A stretch of DNA of 64,000 nucleotides from Tubulanus polymorphus (taxonomy: Eukaryota > Animalia > Nemertea): contig NC_134026.1 of NCBI RefSeq assembly GCF_964204645.1, positions 7,835,950 to 7,899,949 on the forward strand. The letters are read 5' to 3'. The notes below the pieces were generated by a model. The model was not told the origin of the DNA. It did no database searches and saw only the letters and a program-made list of their open reading frames with translations. Both the position numbers and the translations under genes were made by a program. Position 1 is the first letter of the stretch, and each line of letters opens with the position of its first letter. Below, in pieces: positions 11,064 through 24,313 of the stretch.

Positions 11064-13110
11064 CCACCGTCGCCTGATTGACCGTGACAACAGTAACCAG
11101 ACAACAGTAACCGAGCGGGAGAGCTGAGAGATTCAACTGAACTCACAGACAGCACCAAGACAGCAGCTCCAAAGACAGCACCACGGACAGCAGCGTCATA
11201 GACAGCAGCTTCACAGACAGCAGCGTCATAGACAGCTCCGCAGACAGCACCACGACAGACGGGTAATATCAATTATTATTGAGTTCATTTTGTGCTGATT
11301 CACATTAATAACAAATTAACACCTAATTTGAGTGTATTTTGTGCATGCAAAAAATTAACCAAAATTTATAGATAACATCCTGAGCCCGAGGAAGGAAGCA
11401 TTCAGTTCCGAACTGGGTCCAAATGGTTTAGTATTAGCCAGTAGTGATTGAAATCATATTTTCACTGGTAATTAACGAATAATTAACCTTATCTTACTAA
11501 TCCTGGATTTATTTGGTGGTTCAAATCAATTTTTTAATCTTTTAGAGACGATTTTTTCTTTTTGATAATCATGTTTTCCATACGATCGAAGAGTCGTTAT
11601 TTCTAATGAAGCCAAAAATATTGCGAAAAGCCAAAAAAAATTGATCGAAAATATCGAAGCTGGCTTCAAAAAGTCGATATAATTTCTATGTAAATAATTT
11701 GTATGATGATATTTAGATATTTTACTCTGTGATATTCTAGTCAAAATGATCTGATATATCAATGGGTCCGCTATCAACCGCTTCTCATTATAATCAATCT
11801 CCAAACTATCAAACTACAAACATTTATCTGTTTTACGGCTTATATTCACTGCTCTAATTGTCAGTCATTGTGCTGATGTTTACTGTCGTATTGTCGTTTC
11901 TATTTTGAATATTTTAGAAATTTCCAATTTTACGTGACTCATCAGGCAATAGATAGCGCTTTAATGCAGTCCCTTATAGAATTCTAGGGGGTCTTTGATG
12001 ATCGCTTTTAGCTTCTGAATAATCGCATGTCTTTGATACTAAACGCCGCTTTTATTGCATGTTACGTATTTCAAATATGAAATTATTATCGATATCATAA
12101 ACAGATTAATAATGTGTTTGCTTTTGATATTTTGGGGTTTGAAGGTGAAGGTGACGATAGCGCGCACGTGATACGGTCAGGCGTAGGCGAGCGTGACGTC
12201 ACCGCTCTCGCAGCACTATCCATACCGAATGCATTTAATTGTATAAATACGTCTCGTGTAGTAGCGTTTCATTATCATCATCATCGTTTCAATATTTATT
12301 GTTCATTTCAATGTAGTGTTTATCTTCATCCTAATAGAGGGCGCTATAGGCGGCGTGGTGGTGCGTTTTTATATCGATTTCTAAACGTGGAAACTTTTGT
12401 TCAGAATAGACGGTGTGCAGGTGTCTCGAGCACACGCCTCCATTCACTTATTGTTCTCTGTCATTTCCGGCTTCCATACGTTCTCTTCTGAACATCATTT
12501 TCTGGTAAAACCACATATTTAGACATTTTAATCTTGGATTATTATTTTATTCTGTGTCGGGTAATTTTTGGTGCATGCCTTTGTCGAGAATGCCAGTCGT
12601 CATGGAGATATATGCCTCTCGTTGCATGTCTAACAGCTACTGGACCGGAGCACTCCTTTTACTGAGCCGGAGCACTCCTCTATGATATCATCATACCTCT
12701 CTCCCATCCTTCCGAGATATATATCAATACTTATATTGAGAGTATCAAAACGATATCGCAGTCCGTTACAAATATAATTGCAGTTTAAGAAATTGATATT
12801 TACTGTAAATTATTAGTTTTTAAAGATATTAAAAACATTAAACCCCTACCGCTAGGGGTTGCTTCAATCTCCCCATCTATTCGCATTTAAACTATGTGTA
12901 TATCTAGTCACTTTTAGTCGTATTTCTTACGATTTATTGTTTATTCTAGTCAAGTGTATCTCTAGTCTCAAGTGTGAAGATTACTAGTTAATTCTTACAG
13001 CTTCTATGACATCTGAATTAAGCTCCTGTTATACGGTTCTCTGCTTAAATTTGAATCCATAGCTAGAATCATTTTCTCTTCAGAGTCGTTCCTTAACTAG
13101 ATTCTTAACT

Positions 13111-13227
<117 letters not shown>

Positions 13228-13619
13228 CAAGACCAATTCTAAACATATTTTGCAAACCTGCTAACATTTGCTAACTTCATTCTAACTGAATTCTAACCTT
13301 GTTTTCAATGCAGACCTGGTTGAACCCAGATGCGCAGTGTGTCAAGCCTGGTTGACCCAGAAATTCATTTAATACTAACACACTAATATTATAACATAGA
13401 AATAAGAAATCATACCAGCTAACATATCGAAAATCTAACTATTTAATATATTTAATTATCCAAATTTTTGGCTAACTTGCTAACATTGGCTAACGCAATT
13501 CTAACTCAAATATAACAATTTTTTCAATGCAGACCTGGTTGAACCCAGACGCGCAGTGTGACAAGCCTGGTTGACCCAGAAATTCATTTATCAAAGCTAA
13601 ACAAAGAACTAAGATATCT

Positions 13620-14420
13620 AACCAGCTAACACATCTAGCTAACATATTTCTAACTATCTAACGTCTTTTATAGCTAACCTACCAGCTAATGCATCTTACA
13701 GCTAACTATTTAACATACTTATTAGCTAACTACCTGACATGTTTATCAGCTAACTATCTAAGAAATTTATCAGCTAACTATCTAACATACTTATCAGCTA
13801 ACTATGAAACATATTTATCAGTTAACTATCTGACATATTTATCAGCTAACTACCTAACATATTTATCAGCTAACTACCTGACATATTTATCAGCTAACTA
13901 CCTACCATTTATCAGCTAACTACGTAACATATTTATCAGCTTACTACCTGACATATTTAGCAGCTAACTACCTAACATTTGTCAGCTAACTACCTGACAT
14001 ATTCATCAGCTAACTACCTAACATATTTATTGGCTAATTACCTAACATATTTATTTGCTAACTACCTAAAATATTTATCAGCTAACTATCTAACATATTT
14101 ATCAGCTAACTACCGAACATATTTATCAGCTAACTACCTGACATATTTATCAGCTAACTACCTAACATATTCATTAGCTAACTATCTAACATGTCTATTA
14201 GCTAACTACCTAAAATATTTATCAGCTACTAACTAACATATTTATTAGCTAACTACCTGACATGTTTATCAGCTAATTCCTAACATATTTATCAGCTAAC
14301 TACCTGACATATTTATCAGCTAACTACCTAACATATTTATTAGCCAACTACCTAACATATTTATCAGCTAACTAGCTAACCAACTAACATGTTAATTAGC
14401 TAACTATCTAACATATTAAC
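13620..14420 (+). repeat. 24-bp minisatellite (consensus about ATTTATCAGCTAACTACCTAACAT), roughly 30 units with degenerate edges
   Basis: Direct periodicity; the spurious ORFs repeat SANYLTYL every 8 aa. Confidence 0.92.
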
Positions 14421-17230
14421 CAGCTGACGCGCTAACATACCTTATTATCTCTTACCTAATAGCTAATCAGCAAATATCTTAAAGATAACTACCTACTGTG
14501 TTATTATCTTACGCATGTCTAAGCTAACCCAACGCCTAACAGATTTATCAGTTAACTCACCAGCGAGAGATTTACGTATCTCATAGTTTACCTTTTAACA
14601 TATCTAGCTAACTTTCTAACATAACTTAGGAGTAGCTAACATGGCATGATTACCTAGCAGATATTAGAATAACATGATTAACAGCGATGCTAGCACTAAT
14701 TGACTGTCCTTATTGCAAGCTAACTCCATTCTAACCCAAACCCCTGACTATTTCCGATAACAATCACACTAACAACTCACGATACACCGTCAATTCCTAT
14801 TTTATATTCTATGCACCTCTATCTATTCTTTAGGGCTCGTAGCGGTTTTAAGTATTCTACTGAAAATCAATAAAAATACATGATTGCATGACATGCATGT
14901 AACTGTGCGCGTGCGCATGCTCTGAATACCGGGAAACTGGTTTTACCCAGAACGGTCAATGTTTCAATATTCTTTCAAATATCTATTTAGATCTAGTTTT
15001 ATTCGTTATAAAGACCTGGTTTACCCAGAATTTAGTTAATTTACTATTCTATTATAACAACTCAGGGGTTTTAGACCTGGTTCAACCCAGAATAAACCAA
15101 ACTCTCTTCCTGCACACCGACCTATCATCAACACGCCTTCATTAACTATCAAATATCGTAACCTTTTCCTTTATTAGTTTAAAACCATTTTCTATATCAA
15201 ATTATATTAAATCTTGAATATGCAAATTTCCTCAACTTAATTCGTATCGATATGTCACGTGATGTCGACGGATCGCTATGGTGATTGGCCAATTGTTTGG
15301 ATCTTTTATTGATCGATGAAATCCATGGCAACGAGAATTACGCAAAATACAGTATCGATTATGATATCCTAGACACGGAGGTAATTAAAATAAAATCGGA
15401 AAAAAAACTCCATACAACTCCAGAGTCCAGTGTGGATCCAGTTCTACAGTTGTAGCGTAACTTAAACTTTAGGATAACGATTGATTAATTAAGGTTTGAA
15501 ACTAGTCAAATTCCAACTGCGGGACTGGATCCAAAATTGGGTCACTCCGGTTATTATCTGACCACATTATCCCGTTAGTTTCAGCTTAGACTGTGACGTC
15601 ATCTCGTATAAAGGTGTGCACCACAATTAAACCAGCACCAGCCGTAGCAGCAGCAGTGTCAACATCAGCTGCTCTCTTGTAGGAGGAGAAAACTCGAAAC
15701 GAGAACATTTTAATATTTGCGATGATTTTGAAAGGACATTTATCTGTCTCATGTACATATATTCCTTTAGCTAGCTAATGGTAGTTACTCTGTCATAAAT
15801 AGTTTTTATATGATTGAAAAATATTGATGATTTTCAAGAATTTGTGTAAAGTAAAATAATAACCGGAACCGGAAGTATGGGTGGCCCTCTAGTCTCATTG
15901 TAATATGTGTGTTTTATATTATTAATGGGTGTGTCACAGGGGTGGATCCTTGCCCCTGATCTATTGGCACTTTTCGATTTTCATTTATATATATATTTTT
16001 CTCAAAATCCTTTAAAAAAATTGAAAAATACGCGTTCAAAATTTTAACATCTCATCTCATTGACTGGTTCCGCTAAACAAACAGGAGACTGGGTACCAGT
16101 CTGATCAACATCGTTTTTTGATAAAGATCAATTTTCCAGAATTATCGCCGAAATTTGAATTTTTAATTTCAATAATATTTTTTGGTTGTATTAACGTACG
16201 TATTAATGTACATATAGATAGCAGTACTAGTGTTTTTTAAATATTTAATCTTTAGTTAGATCTGTATGATAATGATATATGATATATAATAATGAACTGA
16301 TAAGAGATTCACCTCTGAAGTGTTCAAATGGCTGGGAATCGAGATCTGCAAGATATGTGCAATATGTTACTGTAAATACGTAAAATAATTAATTAGATTA
16401 TCTATATTTTTAACATGGATGTAATCAGTACAAACTGTCGGTTTGACTTGAAAAGGCCACAAAAGTGCAATAAACAATAGAATTAGAGAGTTGGGGGCTT
16501 TGGGAGCTCATGTATCAGCCGGGTTGATTAGGGTTAGAGCTACGAGTTAGATAATTGCTCGTAGGTTAAAGTTAGCCCGAGATTCAAAAGCGCTGGGAAA
16601 AGATTGCAATAATAATATTATATAATTAAGTGAATTACGTAGTTAGATTTAGGCGCAAGTTGATTTAGAATTTGGCCGGGTTTAAGCAATACCGTAAGAA
16701 CATATATACAATAGTAACGTAGATATTAGAATTAACCTAGACTTAGATATCGGAGCAATTGTGTTTGCTCCGAGCCTAGACGAAGAAGGTCGGGTGAGAT
16801 TGCAATAAAAATCTAGTACTAGAGTAATAATGTGTATAGAATGAGTTAGGAAGAAGTACGCTCAGTTCGCAGTGGTCGGTTTTACCACAGCGCGAGGAGT
16901 TAGCGGGGGCTGTCACGGAAAGCACACAATGTACAGTAATGTAATGTACAGTTATGGAATCGGAGGACATCAAACAATCATTTGTAAATATATTGCAACA
17001 TTTCTTTTTTACTTTGTAATAATTCAATGATATTTTGTAATAATGCGCTTCGTATGTATGTAATAATACATTACATAGCTTTTTGTAATGTTTTGTAAAT
17101 TTGTAATAAAAAAGAGGAAATAGAAAAATGTTTAAAAAAACGATGGTTTTGTTTAGTAATTGTCTTTGAAACGTTGTGATTGAGTTGGACATGCATAGGA
17201 CACGAACGACTGACTTCCGGTGAAAGGAGA

Positions 17231-17345
17231 CCTGGGTCCACTTCCACAGTTCCGAGCTAAGATTTAACTCTGAGTTAACTCATCGAAAATGAACTAACTT
17301 TAACTCAGAGTTAACTTTAATTCACAACTCTGGAACTGGGTCCTG
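17231..17345. mobile_element. Small MITE with 'ccagttccacagtt'-type TIRs; related fragments near 9345-9510 and 15433-15532
   Basis: ctgggtccacttccacagtt ... aactctggaactgggtcctg, plus an internal inverted repeat ttaactctgagtta/ttaactcagagtta. Confidence 0.6.
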
Positions 17346-17388
17346 AGGAATGATACTAATATTAACGACGTATTTTTTAAAAGAAATA

Positions 17389-17558
17389 CAGTGGAACCTC
17401 GTTACAACAAACTCGGATACAACGATTCATCCGATATCACAAATATGAAATTATGTCCCTAGTAAGAAAATTTGATTATTCTTATTAACGAACCATCGGT
17501 TGTTATAACGAATAAATTTCCTTGGTCCCGTGAAGTTCGTTGCAACGAGGTTCCACTG
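17389..17558. mobile_element. Tc1/mariner (Tigger/pogo-type) MITE, 170 bp, TA TSD
   Basis: TA-cagtggaacctcgttacaac ... gttgcaacgaggttccactg-TA. Confidence 0.88.
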
Positions 17559-18860
17559 TATTAACGAATTTTCCGTCCGAACATTAGAGTTCATGACCTT
17601 CACCGATGAAATTGATTCTGAATGGACGTTTTAGAAAATATAGAGAATTCAAATCAACACCAAACCAGATTACATTATCACAGGATGGACTCCTGAGATT
17701 ACCAGGTACAGCATAGTCTAAAAACGAAGTACGCCGACTCATTTTAGAGTCCATGATTTCAGGTATATTTCTTGCCTCAGGAAAAGGATGATCAATAATG
17801 TAAAACTACAAGATCTCGAGTGTAATTGTGGAAATTACAAGAACTTTTAAATTGATTTAAGAAAAATGATTTTTGAGTATAACAGATACCGAACAATAAA
17901 GAAGTTTCCAGTTTCTAGGCGCCATTTTTCAGTTTTTCCCGAATCTTGTCTAGTCCATTTTTGAGATCGATGCATAACCTCTCAGAATTTTTGCGGGGGA
18001 GGGGGGTTAGGCGTTGGGTACCTGGTTAAAGATTGACCGTAAAATCATTAATATTTCTTGTGTTTGTGTTTGTCTCTGTCTTTATGGCCGTAAAAGTGCC
18101 AATATTTTGTGTTCAGAGAATTCGCAATTGCTGTATTTTTACATGGATGCAATAGTAAGTAGCCTATGTAGCGGTTGAAAATTTGTTTAATTAATCAGTC
18201 ACCCGACACTTGGTAGTATCATGGATATAAATCCGTCGCAGTAGTGTCATACGTGTGGTAACCGAAACGCTACGGATATAGGCAATTAGTAATACAATAT
18301 CTTAGCGTTAATCTAAATCTATTTCAAATCACTTACACATCCGGCGCCTCAAGTGTGCTACTGTTCCGAAACTCTCTAATGATCGGCTTATTATTAGGGA
18401 AAGTCTAGGATATTTTCATAGTATTATTATTTCATAGGCTCTAAAACTGCAGCCTCGGCTGGAGCAGGGAGGTGGGAGTCACTGGAGTCTACGATTACAG
18501 TGCGCACTTGCTCTGTAAAGAAATTTTTCGTAGTTTATGTATCGTAGTTATTTCGTATTATGAATATTCTTATATTTGTATCCAAATGAGCTTAAGATGC
18601 TCTGAAAACGGGCTTAATTTGAAAAGAAAAACAATTTTGGGGAGGGTCTCCAAACCCCGCAAGGGTTCTCGCTGACGACAAAACTTCAATTAACTGTTTT
18701 TTTTACCTGTTTCATCGTTAGACTTGGAAAAACACATTTTCGCATTTATGTCGGCTAATCGGATAAACGTCAGTCAGTACACTGCCAGACAGTCAGTACA
18801 CTTTCAGACAATCATTCAGTTTCAGACAGTCAGTACTCTCTCAGGTGATCCTCGTGAATC

Positions 18861-19811
18861 ATGAATTCTACTCAGATACAAATCGGCAGAACTTATAACA
18901 GTTACATAGTTCTCATGTCTGTGGTGAACAGGTCTGGAATCTACCGTACTGTGTCACTGGTCATTCTGCCTATCGTGTTCCTGTTAGGAGCCTTGGGAAA
19001 TTCAGCTACTTTCCTGATAATGATAAGTCGTAGATTCCGCAGTTTATCTTACGCTAACTATCTTATCGTTTTGTCTCTCAGTGATTCCATATACTGTGTC
19101 AATTATACATTGATGCCCGTTTTACAGTTTGTTCTCTTGCATCTAAAAACAGGTCCCATATTCATGATGAATTCATTAATCAGTTGTCAAGTATATGAAT
19201 TTGTAATGAATCTTGTAGCCTGCAATAGTTCGTGGTTAATAGTAGCTATATCTCTAGAACGTGCGTCAGTTGTGCTCTTCCCGTTCACATCTCGTTTGAT
19301 ATGTACACCGAGATTCGCTAGATTTGCTATATCGATAATAACTGCAGTGAATATACTGGTTATAAATCTTTTACCAACCTTGTCGATATATTTTTCCGAT
19401 CAGTTTTTCGGATGTTACTATAAATTATTGGACCAAATCAAATTTTTCTCCGTAATTGTCGTTCACATTCTCATTCTACCTTTATCTTTCATCATAACAT
19501 CGAATTCTGTTATAATAGTTCAGTTATTCAGAGGTTCAAAAATGGTTTCGTCTGATCAGAAAACTACAAAATCAAAACGTACGACAATAATGCTTGTAAC
19601 AGTTTCACTCGCATTTGCAATATTTACACTTCCGTCCGCCATTACTTCATTGTTACCAATTTCAACGGAACAGAGAGATATTCTATATGACGTATTTGTT
19701 CAGTTCCAAATGTGTAACTATGTGGTAAATTTCTACATATATCTTTTACTCGGTCGAGAAATTCGTGAATATTTCTTTATGAAAATCCGTTGTAGAAATT
19801 CAATAAAATAA
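18861..19811 (+). CDS. Orphan class A GPCR, cluster copy 2, 316 aa
   Basis: Full 7TM ORF paralogous to copy 1 (ERAS, NFYIY). Confidence 0.92.
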   Translation: MNSTQIQIGRTYNSYIVLMSVVNRSGIYRTVSLVILPIVFLLGALGNSATFLIMISRRFRSLSYANYLIVLSLSDSIYCVNYTLMPVLQFVLLHLKTGPIFMMNSLISCQVYEFVMNLVACNSSWLIVAISLERASVVLFPFTSRLICTPRFARFAISIITAVNILVINLLPTLSIYFSDQFFGCYYKLLDQIKFFSVIVVHILILPLSFIITSNSVIIVQLFRGSKMVSSDQKTTKSKRTTIMLVTVSLAFAIFTLPSAITSLLPISTEQRDILYDVFVQFQMCNYVVNFYIYLLLGREIREYFFMKIRCRNSIK

Positions 19812-20214
19812 CCATTGATTACAAGTTCATACAACTAGTATCGAATAAATATGTTCTTGTTGCCTAAAAATGGGATATATATTTTTCTATATTATCTTAC
19901 CCTGGAAATTAATTAAGGACGGTCTTTGGAAATTCTACAACGGACCTGATAAGAAACGATGCTAGTGGGCAATAAGAAACCGTAGATCTACTATTGCGGC
20001 CAATCCGGCCACAGCCGCTGGCGGGTCGGACTAGTTGGAAAAAGTTCTTAAGCCATCGAGACACTATAATGGCATTTTATTTCCTTTACTTGAAGTCACC
20101 AAAACAGTGAATTCGTTATGCAAATTCATTGTGTTTAAAACTGCATTCTATACAATAGGCTCCTATGGCCGGATTCTGAAAGTTTTAGTCAATTTCTCTC
20201 AGAATCTGTTAATA

Positions 20215-21322
20215 TTATTTTTCATGTACTTGTTGCCGGCATCGGAACATAGTTTTAAGTTTCACCCTAAAACGACGCCTTGAAGCGCAGTAAATAAAAA
20301 AGTTCGTCGATGCTACGATCATTTTCATCAATTTCTGAAAAGAGTTTATAATCAATAATTGGTAATCTTTACTGCCAATTTTACCAACGGTCCCAGTGAT
20401 AGCTCGAGCTAAATTGACGATAACAGCTCTCAAATAAAACGTTTGTTTCAATAAGTAAAAACACGAAATGATTATCAAAGTTATAGTTAAGCTACGTTCA
20501 CTGCCGCTGTTGTAAGAAGTTTCATTATTTGTAGTCATGGCTTTTCTTTCAGCTCCTGCGCGTCTCAACGTGAAAATCAATCGGATAGTTATTAGAATCA
20601 CTAACACTGTCGGGATGACTACAACAAGTGGAGCGCGTATAATAAATACTTTTTGCAAATGGGGTCAATTTTTGGGCCCACCTCTCATATCCAGTGCAGG
20701 GATTTATTGATTGTCTTGTCCAATATTTGAAGAAACTTTTTATTCCATCACAGAAAAAGCCAAATGAAATGATTGTTACATAGATATAACCCCTCTTTAA
20801 GGTAATGATTCGAGCCGCTTTCAGAGGCCAACAAACGACGATATATCTGTCTATGGCTATCAGAAACGTTATCATATCTCCAATTGTAGAAATTATTGGT
20901 TGAATACCTCTCGTATATGAATACATACGCTTCAGAAAATGGTTTATTTCAGCAGTCATGTCCAATATCATCGTATTGTAATACAAGTGATAGTGAAAGT
21001 CTTCAAGAACATACGACAAGCAAAGACTTGTGTCAGCAACAGCCAAACATCTCAAATAGAATATACTCGTATTTGTTGAACGTTCTTTACTGAGAATTAC
21101 AAAAGACAGTGCATTTCCGAATACGCCAAAAACAGAAACACTAAAGCAGATGTAAATCATGATTCGTATGATGAGATTGATATGAAACGGTTTGAAGTCG
21201 GAATGGGTCAAAAATTTACAGCGAGGATGCGGTTTAAACCCTCCTTTCGTAGTGGCCGTCACAGCGTATGATTGATTGAAACCGTCCGTTACTGTATACA
21301 ATGATAATGTGGCATTTTCCAT
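20215..21322 (-). pseudogene. FMRFamide/peptide-receptor-like class A GPCR (different family), split by one frameshift near 20635-20650
   Basis: ORF 21322 down to about 20640 gives TM1-TM4 (GVFGN, LAVADT, AIDRYIVVCWPLKA). The overlapping frame supplies TM5-TM7 (APLVVVIP, ERSLTITLIII, ASTNFFIYC). Confidence 0.8.
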
Positions 21323-21757
21323 TTCGTCACAAACAACTGTCTTTCGTACAGAACTTAAACACGCCAAGTCAACTTTCCATAAGAAGATGATCCGACATTT
21401 GAAAAAGCGCTCTTCAATTACAAGTGCAGTCTGCGTGCGGCATACGCAATAACGTCATTGCGTGACTTTCTACAAAGTTGCATAATACATTCACTCTGAA
21501 ATTTGCACAAACCGCAGGGCCGGGTTTCACCTGTATGTCGTGATAAACGGTGCTACATATCACTTGGATTACTGCAAGTGATTAAAAAGTGTTTCACTTT
21601 AAATTAGTTCATAGAAATTAACTCTTATTTCGTGGTATTATATAGATTGACAATTTGTATTACCTCGAAATTAGGATTTCCTCTCACTTCATACACTCCG
21701 TGCAATCAATTCGTGCAATCATACGCAAACCACACAAACCGGGAGACACTGTAGAAG

Positions 21758-24313
21758 GGGTGTCACTAAACCTAAGACCCCCTAAACCTAAGACCTAAGA
21801 CCCGTTAGGTCTTATGTTTAGGGGGTCTTAGGTTTAGTGACACCTATATATAATATACTAAACCTAAGACCTATAAACCTAAGACCCTCAAATATCTCGT
21901 CTCTGATGAATAAACCAAATTTTAATAGGCCATCGATGGATCATTTTAACTAATATCTATATATTAGAACCATTTTGAGTAGTCTAAAGTACACAAATAA
22001 TGATTTAGATTCGGGTCTTAGGTTTATAAGGCTTAGGTTTAGTGACACCCATATATGATATTATAAACCTAAGACCCATAAACCTAAGACCCGACTCTAA
22101 ATCATTATTTGTGTACTTTAGACTAATCAAAATGGTTCTAATATATAGATATTAGTTAGAATGATCCATCGATGGCCTATTTAAATTTGGTTTATTTATC
22201 AGAGACGAGATATTTGAGGGTCTTAGGTTTATGGGTCTTATGGGTATTAATTTTACAGAAATCCATTCATAACTTTCCGAGTTATTTTGCTAATAAAATG
22301 TTTCATGGAAACAAACAAAAAATAGATGTTTGGCCAAACATAACCTCTTTGCGATACCGCATGAAGTAGCAGCTCAGATAGTTCGAAGACGAGATATTTG
22401 GGGTCTTAGGTTTATGGGTCTTAGGTTTAGTATATTATATATAGGTGTCACTAAACCTAAGACCCATAAACCTAAGACCCGACTCTAAATCATTATTTGT
22501 GTACTTTAGACTAATCAAAATGGTTCTAATATATAGATATTAGTTAGAATGATCCATCGATGGCCTATTTAAATTTGGTTTATTTATCAGAGACGAGATA
22601 TTTGGGGGTCTTAGGTTTATGGGTCTTAGGTTTAGTATATTATATATAGGTGTCACTAAACCTAAGACCCATAAACCTAAGACCCGACTCTAAATCATTA
22701 TTTGTGTACTTTAGACTAATCAAAATGGTTCTAATATATAGATATTAGTTAGAATGATCCATCGATGGCCTATTTAAATTTGGTTTGTTTATCAGAGACG
22801 AGATATTTGGGGGTCTTAGGTTTAGTATATTATATATAGGTGTCACTAAACCTAAGACCCATAAACATAAGACCCGACTCTAATTCGTTATTTTGTGTAC
22901 TTTGGATGATTTAAAAATGCTTTTAAAATCCATGTGCCAGTTCATCAGCTACTTGTAAATCTCTAGAAAAAAAGAATGAATATTCAAAAAATGTAGCTCG
23001 ATGAGGAGAGTTATTTGGTTGAATAAGATCATTTAAACTCAGCCTGTTGTTTTGGCGAATCAAGAGTGGCCACTTGAAAATAAATAAATTTAACTTTAGA
23101 GGAATCAACTGTTCATGTGTAAACCTATTTTACAGAAATCCATTCATAACTTTCCGAGTTATTTTGCTAATAAAAAGTTTCATGGAAACAAACAAAAAAT
23201 AGATAAACGGTGGCCAAACATAACCTCTTTGCGATACCGCATGAAGTAGCAGCTCAGATAGTTCGAAGACGAGATATTTGGGGGTCTTAGGTTTATGGGT
23301 CTTAGGTTTAGTATATTATATATAGGTGTCACTAAACCTAAGACCCATAAACCTAAGACCCGACTCTAAATCATTATTTGTGTACTTTAGACTACTCAAA
23401 ATGGTTCTAATATATAGATATTAGTTAAAATGATCCATCGATGGCCTATTTAAATTTGGTTTATTTATCAGAGACGAGATATTTGAGGGTCTTAGGTTTA
23501 TAGGTCTTAGGTTTAGCATATTATATATAGGTGTCACTAAACATAAGACCCATAAACCTAAGACCCGACTCTAAATCATTATTTGTGTACTTTAGACTAA
23601 TCAAAATGGTTCTAATATATAGATATTAGTTAGAATGATCCATCGATGGCCTATTTAAATTTGGTTCGTTTATCAGAGACGAGATATTTGGGGGTCTTAG
23701 GTTTATGGGTCTTAGGTTTAGTATATTATATATAGGTGTCACTAAACATAAGACCCATAAACATAAGACCCGACTCTAATTCGTTATTTTGTGTACTTTG
23801 GATGATTTAAAAATGCTTTTAAAATCCATGTGCCAGTTCACCAGCTACTTGTAAATCTCTAGAAAAAAAGAATGAATATTCAAAAAATGTAGCTCGATGA
23901 GGAGAGTTATTTGGTTGAATAAGATCATTTAAACTCAGCCTGTTGTTTTGGCGAATCAAGAGTGGCCACTTGAAAATAAATAAATTTAACTTTAGAGGAA
24001 TCAACTGTTCATGTGTAAACCTATTTTACAGAAATCCATTCATAACTTTCCGAGTTATTTTGCTAATAAAAAGTTTCATGGAAACAAACAAAAATAGATA
24101 AACGGTGGCCAAACATAACCTCTTTGCGATACCGCATGAAGTAGCAGCTCAGATAGTTCGAAGACGAGATATTTGGGGGTCTTAGGTTTATGGGTCTTAG
24201 GTTTAGTATATTATATATAGGTGTCACTAAACCTAAGACCCCCTAAACATAAGACCTAACGGGTCTTAGGTCTTAGGTCTTAGGTGTAGGGGGTCTTAGG
24301 TTTAGTGGCACCC
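21758..24313. mobile_element. Non-autonomous Foldback/Mutator-like DNA transposon with long modular TIRs and a 10-bp TSD
   Basis: ACTGTAGAAG at 21748-21757 and 24314-24323. Ends GGGTGTCACTAAACCTAAGACC / GGTCTTAGGTTTAGTGGCACCC. Internal inverted and tandem units of about 208 bp and an 896-bp higher-order duplication (identical spurious ORFs at 22923 and 23819). Confidence 0.88.

Noticed and set aside
10937-11272. 111-aa antisense ORF overlapping SPSB3
   Set aside because: Non-ATG start; derives from the antisense of a real CDS plus a short degenerate repeat.
13689-14236. ORFs encoding SANYLTYL repeats
   Set aside because: Translation of a 24-bp minisatellite with frameshifting units; no coding evidence.
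22923-24004. Duplicated 61-aa ORFs inside the Foldback-like element as a possible transposase remnant
   Set aside because: No recognisable transposase motif, non-ATG start; identity reflects the 896-bp internal duplication.
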